Assembly (NCBI GenBank): GCA_964016885.1
Contig: OZ024743.1
Coordinates: 222,704,001-222,768,000, forward strand
DNA length: 64,000 nt
Origin: Eledone cirrhosa
Lineage: Eukaryota
Reading direction: 5' to 3'
Shown: positions 38,172 to 51,202 of the stretch, piece after piece
How positions within the stretch are numbered: the stretch's first letter is position 1
Layout: each line of letters starts with the position of its first letter
Notes under the pieces: model-generated
What the model was told of the DNA's origin: nothing
What the model saw: only the letters and a program-made list of their open reading frames with translations
Databases searched by the model: none
Program-made: the position numbers and the translations under genes

Positions 38172-38374
38172 CCCTTTAGCATTTAAGCCAGCTGTATCCA
38201 GCTAGAATTCTCTCACCTCTTTCTGTTCAAACTGGCTGTAACCAGCCACTCATACTGATGTTAAGGTATTGTTCTCAATGTCAATATCAAAATCTCAGAT
38301 TCAATATTATGTGAGGTAAAGCCTTTACATTGAAAATATATTAGTAAATATAGAGTTATGTAAATGCTAAAGGG
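38172..38374. mobile_element. TTAA-flanked MITE
   Basis: TTAA-CCCTTTAGCATTTA...TAAATGCTAAAGGG-TTAA. Confidence 0.85.
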
Positions 38375-38646
38375 TTAAAATAGAGTCATATCAAGAGATT
38401 TATACATATTCTTATAATATGGTCACCATGTTATAGCAAAGCAAGTATTTGTTAAGCATTGTCAGAGAAAAAGTGTAGCAAATGCACACACCTTGTTGAA
38501 ACATTGTAGCCATGTTGTAGTTGTAAGAATAAGACAAGATGATGTAAAGAAATGTTGAATATGTCATAACCATAACCCATCATTGTATGTCCTGATTCCT
38601 CTTTCCATGCAATATATGTATACATATATATATATATATATATAAG

Positions 38647-38841
38647 TTTATCCCGGGTTCAATCGGAGGTAACCACAGTAAGTAAGGTACTCAATACAAA
38701 GCAGAGTATAAATATTTAATATAGCAAAGGCTTCTACAAGACTAGAACTGTTTCATTCGGGAGAAATCATCAAGAAGCCCTGATGATTTCTCCCGAATTA
38801 AACAGTTCTAGTCCTGTAGAAGCCTTTTCTATATTAAATAT
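38647..38841 (-). mobile_element. Penelope-like/retrozyme terminal fragment with an inverted hammerhead pair
   Basis: Palindrome 38712-38841 (8-nt spacer). Plus strand CTGATGA 38780-38786...TAAACAGTTCTAGTC; minus strand TTGATGA...GAAACAGTTCTAGTC. Same tail as the 7.3 kb copy; flanked by (TA)n. Confidence 0.65.
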
Positions 38842-39785
38842 ATATGTAGCTGATGGCCAAGTTCTTGTCTGATGACTGTGATAAGCAGGTAAAACTCCAG
38901 AGTAACAAGACTCACTATCTAACCTTAATAATAATAATGTTTCTACTTTTTGGCACAATGCCAGCAATTATCCCAGTGCATTACTGGTACTTTATTTTAT
39001 CGACCCCATAAAGATGAAAGGCAACGCTAACCTTGGCAGGATTTCAACTCAGAATGTAAAGGGTCATAACTATGCTGCTAAGCATGTCTGATGCTCTACC
39101 GTTTCTGTCAATCTGCCACCTTTACAGAACTGTAATAATAACAAATTATAATAAAAACACCAATTGACAATATTGATACTAAGAAAACAAACTTTGTCAG
39201 GTCAAAATCGCCCTCAATATAATATGTGTATGCCAGAAAATGTTGAATTCTGTAAGGTTTGACAAGTGTGGTATCTTGTCACCCGTCTCCTTGACAAAGC
39301 ACTAAAGTTAAAAGACATAACATGTAGATGACGTAATGGTTGCTTCACTGCTGTAAAATGGCAGCACTATAAAACTGATAGTCTCATGTTGGTATGTAGT
39401 GCTGAGTTTAACTCCTTCCCATGCTAATGGCTACTGATGTTCATCTGTAAATCAATAGGTTTAACTCCTCAATTGAGGGATTCTTCTGAACTAGAAGAAT
39501 CTGATGAAAACAGCGCAAATATATATATATATATGGTAGGACAGAAATATATATATATGGTAGGACAGAACAAAATAAAAACCCAGTCACTGAATGTGTG
39601 ATGAAAGAGCTTTGACAATATATAAACAAACATCCAGTTATCAAACCAACCAGCCGGAGGTTCATAATAAATTGAAGTGAAAACCAACAGGTGCATGTGT
39701 TTTTAATGGCAGCATGACCCTCCCAAAGTATAACAATATCTGTTTCAACACACGTTTTCAGATAAGAAATCTTGCAAAATAAATT

Positions 39786-39826
<41 letters not shown>

Positions 39827-39993
39827 CCAAGAGAAAAAAGTATGCAATACTGAAGTAGAGTTTAAATATTCATTTTATTAAGGCTAAATAATGAGTTTTG
39901 TTGTTATTCTAGAGTTTCAACTGCTTTTCACAGGGTTATCTTGTCTGTTGACCCTGTTAGGAGTAATAAGACTCACTATTTAGCCTTAATAAA

Positions 39994-40038
<45 letters not shown>

Positions 40039-40043
40039 TGCAC

Positions 40044-40078
<35 letters not shown>

Positions 40079-42079
40079 TGCACATATATATATATATATA
40101 TACATATAAAACATGTTTGCTATTGTAAATACTGTGTAGATGAGGGATTATAGAAACATTCTGAAAAATGAATCAATCTGACATCAACGTGTATTTGCTA
40201 AAATCATTAGTTTTAATATTCCAGAAGCCACAGAAGCCATAAACAAAAAGTGATGGTTGTTAAATAAAATTTTGTTAAATGATTTAGGTATATGTTTAAT
40301 TTTTCATTGACATTAATGATACATTTTTAGTGACTTGATTAATTTAATCTGCTATTGTGTGTGAGTGGGGGGGGGGGGGCTCCATTGGTCCAGACAAGTG
40401 TTCCAATTGTTTGAGTAATGGAACAACTTGCTCGTGAAATGAATGTGTAAGAGGCTGAGTATTCCACAGACACGGGTCTCCTTAACGTAGTTATCAGTGA
40501 GATTCAGCATGACAGTAACAAGGCTGGTCCATTGAATTACAAGCGCAATTCATTTTTTGGCCAACTGAGTGAATTGAAGCAGTGTTAAATAAAGTGTTTT
40601 GCTCAAAGATTCAACGCACCACCCGGTCCGGGAATCGAACACACAACCTTATGACCATGAGATCACCAGCCTAATCACGCACCTTTTAGTTTAATCCTCT
40701 TGGCCATTAACTGGAAAAAGACGTTCACAAGAAAAGTAGAAAACAGTAAGAAATAGGTTAAAAGGAGTTATTCCCCTTGCTTTTCTCAAAATGTGTGAGT
40801 TATAACTGTGTGGCTTTATACAAGACTGTTGAAACTAAAGCGATTACAAAATGGATTAATCGTCATTTTAACCATTCAAAATACACAAACACTGTTAAAT
40901 TCATTTTACGTTATTTACTCTTGATCATATATTTCTTGGTATTTTACACAGTTGCACTGCACCAAGTCACAAACAGTGTAAACAAAATTTTGGCACCAAG
41001 AAATGGTAAATGTGAAGTTCTGAATGGTTTAAATGTCTTCTTTAATTTCTTTGTTTCCTAAAAATGAAATTGTGTGTTTCTAACTTTTGTTATATTTGTT
41101 AAGTCTGTTAAAAACTTTAAGGTAACCATTATTTTTAAAATCTTAATAGCATCATTAACAGGAATAAGATGGCTAGAATTCTTTACTAATTGATTTTTGC
41201 AATTTGTGTTTCTCTACTTAGTTACTGAGTCCATGGGGCTCAAATTCCTGATGGGGTTATAGGGGCACCATTTATCATTTATTTGTTTCTCAGTGTTGTG
41301 GAACTATTCTTGTGACCCACATCACAAAATGTTAAGTGAATTTAACAGTTTTTAAACCTGGTGTAGTTGATCCCTCCTGATCTGAACATTTTCAATTACT
41401 GAGAGAGACTCAGAACTGGATTGGTACATTAACCTCGAAAATATAAAAGGCAAATTTGACCTCAGCAAGATTTGATCCCAGAGAGCAGAGAGCCAGAACA
41501 AATACCATAACATTCTGACTTTCTAACAGTTTTGGTAATTTGCTATTTTATTTACCCACCTTACTGTATTTTTGAGGGATGCGTACTAAAAAAAAAATAA
41601 AATAAAATAAATAATCCATTTAAAAATAATTAACCATGTATTGTGGCTTAGTGGTTAGTGTATTTAACTCAAGATTGTAAGGTCATCAGTTTGATTTCCA
41701 TTCTGTTCTTAAACAAGACACTTTATTTTATATTGCTCCAGTTCATTCAGATGGAAATAAAACGATTTAAATGGGTAATGCAAATAGAGAGCCTTGCAAA
41801 GGTGTGTGTATTCTTAGTTTGTCTTGGACAATATTTATATTGAAAATGGAGAGTAAAACTAAAATTTCTTTTATGCAATATTCATAGATTTATCAAATAT
41901 TATTTTTTAATAAATGTCTAAGATCAGTTTGTTCAAAACACAATTATAATTTGGGGTGAATATGTTCCTTATCTTTAGAAATGAAATGTAAGTATAAATA
42001 TTTTTTTTAAACCATTTCATTTTTAGGAATGAAGTTTTAATCAGAAAAAAGTATAATTTTATTCTTATATTAGTTTTTA

Positions 42080-42430
42080 ATTTTAGCACAAGGCCAAAGG
42101 AAAAGGGATACATTGATTATGTCAACCCTAGATTTAGCACAAGGCCAACAATTTGAGAGAAAAAGGGATAATTATGTCAACCCCATATTTAACACAAGGC
42201 CAGCAATTTGGGGGAGAAAAGGGATACATTATGTCAACTCCAAATTTAACACAAGGCCAGGAATTTTGGGGGAAAAAAAGGGGGGGATACATTGATTATG
42301 TCGATCCCATATTTAACAAAGCCAGCAATGTTGGGGAGAAACGGAATACATCATGTCGACCCCAAATTTAACACAAGGCCTACAATTTTGAGAAGAAAAG
42401 GGGATACATTGATTATGTCAACCCCAGTTA
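42080..42430 (-). repeat. About 57-bp diverged tandem repeat (6 copies) of a SINE 3' tail
   Basis: Repeated ACACAAGGCCAGCAATTT..GGGATACATTGATTATGTCAACCCC, continuous with a family-1 SINE body at 42430-42575. Confidence 0.75.
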
Positions 42431-43514
42431 TTTAAATGGAACTTGATTTTATCGACTGAAAGCATAAAAGGCAAAGTTGACCAAGGCGGGATTTGAACTC
42501 AGAACATAAAGAACCATAACTAAATGTCTCAAAACATTTTGTCCAACTCTTTAATGTATCTGCCAATCCATGACCCTTTATTCCTTTATAATATATTGAG
42601 AAAAATGTTGCAGCAAAATAGTAACAGTAAGAATTAGGTAAGTGAACACGTGTCAATGTAGAACTGTAAACAAGAAATTTGTCATGACTATTTTCAACCT
42701 TTTTGATACCTCTGGTTCTATGATCCAAAACTGCCCACTTTAAAGTGTTTGTACTTATTTTAAGACCTTCCACCATAATTTTACCTAAGAACCATTTGTT
42801 ATTTATATTCCAAACATCAGCTTACTAATATGTTAGTCATTTTACTAAATTACTCCAAATTTTTATTTTCAAAATTAATTGAAACACATTGGCAGTGTCT
42901 ATTGTTCAAAATATGGTAAAAGGTTAAAGGAGGTAGCTGCCTTTCCTTAAAGAAGCTTGTAAGCTTTTGGTTTATTGCAATTCTTATATTTCCTTACAGG
43001 ACGTCTGAATCTGATTTACATTCATTTTTTCCTGTTACCATGTTGACCCTTTTGACACAAAACTGCCTAAAACACCCTGCTTCTATGATACAAAGGTTTT
43101 TTTGCTTTAATTTATCTAAAAGCTTTCCATCATAGCTTCATGTATGAATCTTTGTTGAATTGTGTTTCAAACACCAGCTTAATAAGAAAATTATATTAAA
43201 TCCCTCCAAATTCTTGATTATATGAAAATAATAGGCAGTGTCTCTCATTAGAAATGTAGTAACATAAGGGTTAAATAGTTTCAGCAAATATAAAAATGTG
43301 TGTATTGCTGAAGTAATTGTTTATACAGCAAATTACTTCTTGGTTATTTTAATAATTAAATCACAAAAGCAGAGTATATTCTTGTTAGAAATATAGCCAT
43401 AATTATATATTTGGTCATAAAGGACATGATAATATTGTTTAATTGTATAAAAATGCAATACCTGGGAAGTTTGGGTATTAAATATTTAACATTTGTTTAA
43501 AATGTCAAATTAAG

Positions 43515-43550
<36 letters not shown>

Positions 43551-44409
43551 CAAAGTTACAGACACTGAAATGTTAAGATAAAGAAAGAATAAAAAAGACA
43601 AATGGAAGAATCTGAAGTTATTTACAGTTCTAGTTTGCTGCAGGTGGCACCGTGTGTATATCCATGACCAAAGATCACCAAATCCAAATTGGATATATTA
43701 AAGTATATTGAAGCATATTAAAAGAATTATAATTTAGCAGAAAATATATAAAAATGGGTTTGCTTATTTAAATGAATATAGTGCATTTACTAGTGAACAG
43801 ATTGTTGTGAATGTTTGCAGTGTTGGAGTAAAGACTAATTTTTCATATGATACAGTCTTTTTTTTTTCTTTTTATATATGTTACATGTACAACATTGTTA
43901 ATTAACTCATAACATTGTTAGCAGAAAATATATAGAACTTGGTATCTTAACTCAAATGTTTGTATCTTTATTAATGGACAGGCTGCTGTGAAAATTTGCA
44001 ATATTAGCATAAAGACTTCAATTTTTAATGTGATGCAGTCACAGTATTGTTTTACTTTTTTCAAAAATATTTTTCTAATAGTATAGGATATTATGAATTA
44101 AATATACAGAGGTATTTAGATAAGTATTGTTTGTTATTTAGTATTAAGTAGAGACATTTTTGTTACATTCTTTCCCATGAGGGATACAGAGAAACAGAAG
44201 AGATGGGAAATGAAATACCAAACCTGCAAGTCTCAATTCTGGTACCTTAACCATTTTGATACCAAATCACCTGAAAAACTGCCCCTGGTTCTAAAATATA
44301 AAAACTAGGTGAAAAAGGTCAGCAGTTAGCTAGTTTGGAAGAGCAAAGGCCATTGTAGTACTGGCAGTGCAAAAGGTAAAAACAGGAAACTATCTATGAA
44401 CCAGTAGTT

Positions 44410-44672
44410 CAGTGGTTTCCAAACTGGGTTCTGTGAAACTTTGGAATTCCTCGAAAGTAATACTGGGGTCCATGAGCTAAGTTCAAACTTTCAAGTACTT
44501 TGTTATAAATATAATATACACATTTTTCTCAGTAAAAAAAAAGTTATCTCCTTTGATTATTATTATCATCATATAATAATCCGAGAGGGGGTAATTGCAG
44601 CAGGAGGGGGTCTGTAGAAAATTTCATTTAAATAAAAGGGATCCTTGGTTGGGCAAAGGTTGGAAACCACAG
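44410..44672. mobile_element. hAT-type MITE
   Basis: TIRs CAGTGGTTTCCAA / TTGGAAACCACAG; 8-bp flanks CAGTAGTT / TGGTAGTT. A related copy interrupted by SINEs lies at about 48557-49444. Confidence 0.65.
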
Positions 44673-45574
44673 TGGTAGTTGAAGCATGTTGGTGAATTTT
44701 TTTTCATACCAGTTAAATTGTTTTTGCTTACAATGCAATCTGCTATGTTAATATGTGCAGCAGCAGTAACAGCACTGGTGCTCCTTATATGGGAGCAATA
44801 CAGCAATGTAGGTTATACTTTAATACTTGAGTTTTTGTAAAAGATCACTAACTTATCAGGACTGAAGTATTTCCTGGCCTTAAAAAAGAATTCTATTCTT
44901 TATGATGTGGTTTTGGTGATTATATATATATAATTGTTTCTAATTTAGGCACAAGGCCAGCAATTATCCAGTACATTACTGGTACTTTATTTTATCGACC
45001 CTGTAAGGATGAAAGGCAAAGTTAATCTCGACGGGATTTGAGCTCAGACCGTAAAGGGGCGTAACTATGCTAGAAAGCATGGCATCCAACCCTCTACTGA
45101 TACTGCCAATTCACCACCCTATATACAAGGTGTGGTGGAAAGAGTTCATTCTTTGTATTTTTTAATTAATAATGATTTCTAATTTAGGCACAAGGCCAAC
45201 AATATGGAGAGGGGAGTCAATTTACACTGACACCAGTATTTGACTGGTACTTTATTTTATTGTATTTTTTTTAATTAATAATAAAATTGAAAATATAAGT
45301 TTAAAATATTTGGATAAAAATAGAAAAAATATTTTTAAAATTTCCATGATATTTATTTATTATTTTTCTTTGAAATTGGACACAAAAAATGTCAGACATA
45401 AGAAGTTACATGAGTAGGAGCAGCAGAAGCACTTTTGTTTTAATACATATCACATTATATACATGAGGTATACCACATGTAGTTTTAAAATACATACAGC
45501 CACTTCTCCCTTAATAATCAACTCATTTAACAACCAGACCACCTCTTAGTGACCAACTCATTTAGTTTAGTGAC

Positions 45575-45648
45575 CAAATAGTTTAGTGACCAAATAGTTT
45601 AGTAACCAAATAGTTTAGTAACCAAATAGTTTAGTAACCAAATAGTTT
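45575..45648. repeat. 16-bp tandem repeat
   Basis: (AGTRACCAAATAGTTT)n, about 5 copies. Confidence 0.85.
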
Positions 45649-47169
45649 TGTGTACACATTTATGTTATGTTCTTTTTGAAATAGTGCAGGTGTTTGACTT
45701 AGTGGTTAGGGTGTTTGGCTCATAAATTTCTCCAGTACACTCAGCTGAAAACAATTTAATTGTACCTGTAATTCAAAGGGCCAGCCTTGCCACATACTGT
45801 GTCATACTAAATCTCCCTGATAATTACGTTATGGGTACAAGTTTCTGTGGAATTCTTAAGCTGCTTGTATATGAATTTAATTAGCAGCCTATTCTCTTAT
45901 TTAAACAACTGGAACACTTGTCATCAGATGAAACCAATAGATGTCCAACACTAATTTCTTTCATGTAAATTTTTAAGTTATATATTTCTGAACGTTCTTT
46001 ATGTAACAAATCCAGTTTTTTAATGTTACAAAATATTTGTACTATATTGTATGGGTTTTGCAAAATAAAACCATTTTACAGTTACAAAGATAGTGTTTCT
46101 TTATTTAGATAACTAGTTTAATATAAAATTGATACTTAGTAATTTTTCATACTCCAAGAGACTTTCAACTATTTGGAGAGAAGTTAAAACCTTAAGATAT
46201 TTTCTAACCAGATCACTAGAACAAACTTGGTCATTAAATGAGACATTTCTTTACTGACTAATTCACTTTATGACCAGTGGAGTGGAACCTGGTCGGTAAG
46301 TGAGGAGTGGCTGTACTTTTAAAGAAAAAATATTTTTTAAAAAATTCAGTTAAATGATAATGAATTCTTTTACGCATGCACAAGATTAATAATTGTCAAA
46401 GAGAACATGTGCAGACAATTTTGAATCGATCAACCCAGTATATATTATTGGTATTTGATCAATCTGCAAGGGATGAAAGGTAAAATAAGATGCCAAAAGT
46501 TGAGTACCACTGAGAAATGAAACTAAATACTGTTATAAGTTTAACAGAGTTCCACTGGTTTGACAACCTTCACCACCCTCTGTATAATAATAATGATAAT
46601 AATAATAATAATAATAATTGTTTCTACTTTTTGGCACAAGGCCAGCAATTACCCAGTACATTACTGGTACTTTATTTTATCGACCCCGTAAGGATGAAAA
46701 GCAAAGTTAACCTCGACGGGATTTAAACTCAGACCGTAAAGGGACGTAACTACGCTGGAAAGCATGGCGTCTGACCCTCTACCGATACTGCCAATTCACC
46801 GCCCGTAATAATAATAATAATAATGGTTCTGATTTAGGCACAAAGCCAGTAATTTTGGAGGAAGGGAAATTCGATTAAATCAACTCAAGTACTTTACTGG
46901 TACTTTATTTTAACCCCAGAAGGATAAAAGGTGAAGTGACTTCAACAGGATTTGAACTCAGAACACTCAAATCCCTAACCATAATAATGTTACTAACACA
47001 GGCACAAGGAAAGAAATACATTTAAGTATGGTAATCAATTAAATTGATCCCAATACTTTACTGGTATTTTGTTTTATCAAACCTAGAAGGATTAAATGCA
47101 AAGTTGGCCTCAGCAGGATTGAAAAACAGTTCACAAAGTGCCAGTACTTTACAGTACAAAACATTTTGT

Positions 47170-47369
47170 NNNNNNNNNNNNNNNNNNNNNNNNNNNNNNN
47201 NNNNNNNNNNNNNNNNNNNNNNNNNNNNNNNNNNNNNNNNNNNNNNNNNNNNNNNNNNNNNNNNNNNNNNNNNNNNNNNNNNNNNNNNNNNNNNNNNNNN
47301 NNNNNNNNNNNNNNNNNNNNNNNNNNNNNNNNNNNNNNNNNNNNNNNNNNNNNNNNNNNNNNNNNNNNN
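47170..47369. other. Assembly gap (200 N)
   Basis: Run of exactly 200 N; the round size suggests a scaffold join of unknown true length. Confidence 0.98.
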
Positions 47370-48232
47370 CGACCACTTTACAGTGTAGGCTAGATGCTTT
47401 TTGTCATGGCACTAGACTATCCAACAAATGCCTGCAACAACTGCTCTGGTGAACCCTCCATCCAGCCTATGCCTCTCTTCAGTTTTCCACTGCTCCTCCC
47501 TCCTCCCACAAACATACACTTTAGGAATCAGATCTAAATATAGGTGCACTGTATCCTTGAGTATTATAAAAGGTGACTAAAAACGTTGATGCTAGGAAGA
47601 GTCTCAAGCCGTAAAACATTGATGCAAGGAAGAGCCTTCAGCTGTAAAACCTCTAGAAAGAGTACCCAACTGTAAAACACTGCCTTAAAAAAGATGCTAT
47701 AATGTATATGAAGCTTTTCATTGTACCCACAAAGGTAACCTTTAATTTTAGCAGGGAAAAAAATTGGCCTTAAAATGCCAGTTGCATTCCTCCCTTACCA
47801 TTTCTTTTTTTTTGACACCTTGCTTTCCAGTGCCCATCCTGAATTCTCAAGCATGGGGTGGTAATACCAACTTTGGGAATCATAGATTTAACCTTTTTGA
47901 TACCCACCCAGTCAAACCAGCAACAGTTCTATGAAACAAAATCCCCCATTAAAATTTTTTTTTTATTTAGATCGATTTTTCACCAACATAATTTTATATA
48001 AGAACCATGTGTTAAGTACTATATTAGTAATGAAATAATTATTTTAGAAAATCAGTCAAAATTCTTCATTAATTAATTGAAATAGAGTGCATTTCATTAA
48101 AAATATGGTCATGAAAAGGTAAATCCCAATCTCCCTCCCTCCCTCCCTCTTCTAGTGCCCTAGGGGTCTGTAGCACCCAGTTTGGAAATCACTGATCAAT
48201 ATAGTAAAAGCGAAAAGAAAACCATTACTTAC

Positions 48233-48435
48233 TTAAACGAATTGTCTGATGATGTATATACTCGCAGTAAGAAACTTCCTTCAATGTCAGGTTTAAACGT
48301 GCATGGGATAATTACGTAACGACCCTTTTTCAGAGTGCCTCTATAGAATATAGAGCGGCTGTTTCGAAAAATGGTACTGTTCAACACTTCTTGGTAATGG
48401 AGATTATGTATACGATACCGTCGGTTCTCTTCGAC
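48233..48435 (-). CDS. CAPN5: Calpain-5-like exon (domain III end)
   Basis: acag|GTC GAA GAG...TTT AA|gtaagt, 203 nt; VEENRRYRIH...RSIFYRGTLKKGRYVIIPCTFKPDIEGSFLLRVYT. Confidence 0.92.
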
Positions 48436-49528
48436 CTGTTTAAGCCAAGGTTTTACACGAAAAAAAAACAAGAAAGAACCCAATGTGATAATGAGACTGG
48501 AATGAAGAGACTTGAATAAAACTAATTCATTTTTTGAAATAGTCTATGGCTTAAATCAGCAGTTCCCAACCTGAGGTCTGTAGACCGTTGGGATTCTACA
48601 TATATAATATTAGGGGCTAAGTTCAAAAGTTCATTTACTTTGTTAAAAACATATGCACACCTTATTAGGGAATGTATAACAAACAAGATGCATGGCTTAG
48701 TGGTTAGCGCATTGGGTATGCAATCAGGAGGTTGTGATTCGATTCTCGGACCTAGTGATGCAAGACACTTTATTCACATTGCTTCAGTTTACTCAGCTGT
48801 AGAAATGAGTTGCGATGTCACTGGTGCCAAGCTGTATCAGCCTTTGCCTTTCCCTTGGACAATATTGGTGGCGTGGGGAAAGGAGATTGGTATGCATGGC
48901 CGACTGCTGGTCTTCCACAAACAACCTTGCCCAGTCGTGTGTCTCAGAGGGTAACTTTCTAGGTGTAAATCCTATGGCCATTTGTGACCGAAGGGGGTCT
49001 TTAAGATGAGAGATAATTGTAGCAGTGTGTCAGTGAGAACATTTATTTAAAAGGGAATGAGAGCTTTTTAGTTGTGTCAAGATCAACAACCTCTCTGGTG
49101 TTGGTGACATTATAAAACACACCCAGTACACTCTAAAGATGTTGGTGATAGGAAGGGCATCCGGCTGTAGAAAACTTGCAAAACAAAGGGTCGAGAGGAC
49201 TTTCCAGTTGTGTTAAAGTCATGACAACCTAGTACTGGTACCAAGATAAAATGTACCCAATACACTCTAGAGTGCAGTAACACATGTAAGTGAAATGCAA
49301 GCCCATCTGAGATGTCAGTAGACTTGGTCTGTAACAACCTGCCAAAACCTTGCTAGTAGGGGAAATAGATATTAGATGATGGTGGCGGTGATGAAGATGA
49401 TGATGAAAAGGGATCCTTGTAAGTGAAAATGTTGAGAATTACTGGTTCAAATAATCACAAGGTTAATAATAAACTAGAAATACAAACAATTCAGAAATAA
49501 TTCATTGTTTTACAAGTTCTACACTTAA

Positions 49529-49727
49529 CCCTTTAGCATTTAAACCATCCAGCCAAAATTCTCTCACTTCTTTCTGTTCAAACTGGCTACTCATATTGAT
49601 GTTAAGGTATTGTTCTCAAAATAAATAATATCAAAATCTCAGATTCACTATTATGCGAGATATGTAAGATAAAGCCTTTACATTGAAAATACAATAGTAA
49701 ATATAGAGTAATGTAAATGCTAAAGGG
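49529..49727. mobile_element. TTAA-flanked MITE
   Basis: TTAA-CCCTTTAGCATTTA...TAAATGCTAAAGGG-TTAA; interior similar to the 38.2 kb copy. Confidence 0.85.
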
Positions 49728-49803
49728 TTAACTCTCCCTAGTCAGCCTATGAACTTTTCAGCCAACCTTCGTACTAGGATAAATATGAAGCACAACAGCT
49801 TAC

Positions 49804-49917
49804 TTTAATTATTGTACATCCGATAGTTTCATTGTCCTCTCCTGCTTTTGTTCGACCTGTTTTCTGCATCAATTGTACCATTACTTCATCCTCATCTTCA
49901 GCTACATCGAACGCAAA
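49804..49917 (-). CDS. CAPN5: Calpain-5-like exon (domain III)
   Basis: Not in the ORF track. tttcag|TTT GCG...ATT AAA|gtaag, 114 nt; FAFDVAEDEDEVMVQLMQKTGRTKAGEDNETIGCTIIK. Confidence 0.9.
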
Positions 49918-51021
49918 CTGAAAGTTTAAAAATAAAAATAATAATTGTTTCTGGTACTTTATTTTATCGACCCCGTAAGGATGAAAGGCAAAGTTAACCT
50001 CGGCGGGATTTGAACTCAGAATGGCAAGGGCTGTAACTATGCGTCAAAGCATAGCGTCCGACCCTCTACCGATACTTTAAAAATAAAAATAATAATAATG
50101 GTGTCTACTATAGGCACAGGCCAACAATTTGGGGAGGGGAAAGTCTATTATATCGACCCCAGTACTTAACTGGTACTTTATTTTATGAATCCTATTAAGA
50201 TGAAAGGCAAAGTTAACCTCTGCGGGATTTGACTTCAGAATGTAAAGGGTCATAACTATGTTGCAAAACATGGTGTCCAATGCTCTACCGATACTGCCAA
50301 TCCACCGCCATATAATAATAATAATGATTAACCTTTTCATTACTGTATTTTTAATGAAACACTACCTATGATTTTCAATTAATTTTGAAAATAATCTAGA
50401 ATTTGGAGAGATTAGTAAAATATTTCACTCTCATTATCAAGGGTCGGGCACCATGCTTTACAACAGAGTTATAGCCGATAAAATAAAGCACCAGTAATGA
50501 ACTGGGATAATTGCTGGCCTTGTGCTAAAAGTAGAAAATTATTAATCTTGTGTTTGGAACAACGATTTTTACAAAATTATGAAGGAATGTCTTTAGATAA
50601 ATATAAATCATTTAAGATAAACAGCTTTTTATCATAGAATACAGTGGCAACTCCTGGCAAAAGGAGGCAGGATTTGAACTCAGAATTCACAAAGCTGGAT
50701 CAGATACTGCAAAGTATCCTATCTGATTTTTTAAAACAATTCTGCTGATCCACCACCCCTGGACATTATCAATCCTGAAAGAATGAAAAGCAAAATTGAC
50801 ATCAGTAGGGTGAAACACTTACTTGAGGGGAGTTTCTTCTCTGAAGACCTTTAGCTCTCCAGAGAGAGTTACTTATCATTGAACTCAAAACACAGAGCCA
50901 GAAGAGGTACCAAGGCATTTAACCCAGTGCTCTAACGGCTCAGACAATTCCCTGCCAACTTCAGAAAAAAAAAAAAAAAAAAAAAAGTGTGGGATGTTCA
51001 AAAAATTTAGTTAATTCACAC

Positions 51022-51202
51022 CTGTGGATTCTTCAGGAAAGATTCTCGGTTGTTAATACAACCACCACAGCTTCCTGGTTTTTTCCATTCACTATTTCCA
51101 ACTCCTTCAGACCAAGTTTTTCTTATTGAGAAAATAGATGTGTTGACAACTCTACAGATGGCAATGTTGACGAAATGTAGACAAAAATCTTCAAAAGTCA
51201 TC
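51022..51202 (-). CDS. CAPN5: Calpain-5-like exon (end of catalytic domain, start of domain III)
   Basis: ttag|G ATG ACT...CCA CAG|gtgtga, 181 nt; MTFEDFCLHF...CRVVNTSIFSIRKTWSE...GGCINNRESFLKNPQ. The NTS.FSI.KTW segment is characteristic of CAPN5/TRA-3. Confidence 0.93.

Noticed and set aside
44780-44878. Candidate minus-strand terminal exons after acceptor-like sites at about 44878, 39500 and 36878
   Set aside because: Only short open frames (e.g. PGNTSVLIS*, DSSSSEESLN*, GSVFTALVSKLQ*) with no clear calpain C2 similarity; unsupported without transcripts.
47044-47452. ORFs spanning the N run
   Set aside because: Artefacts of the assembly gap.
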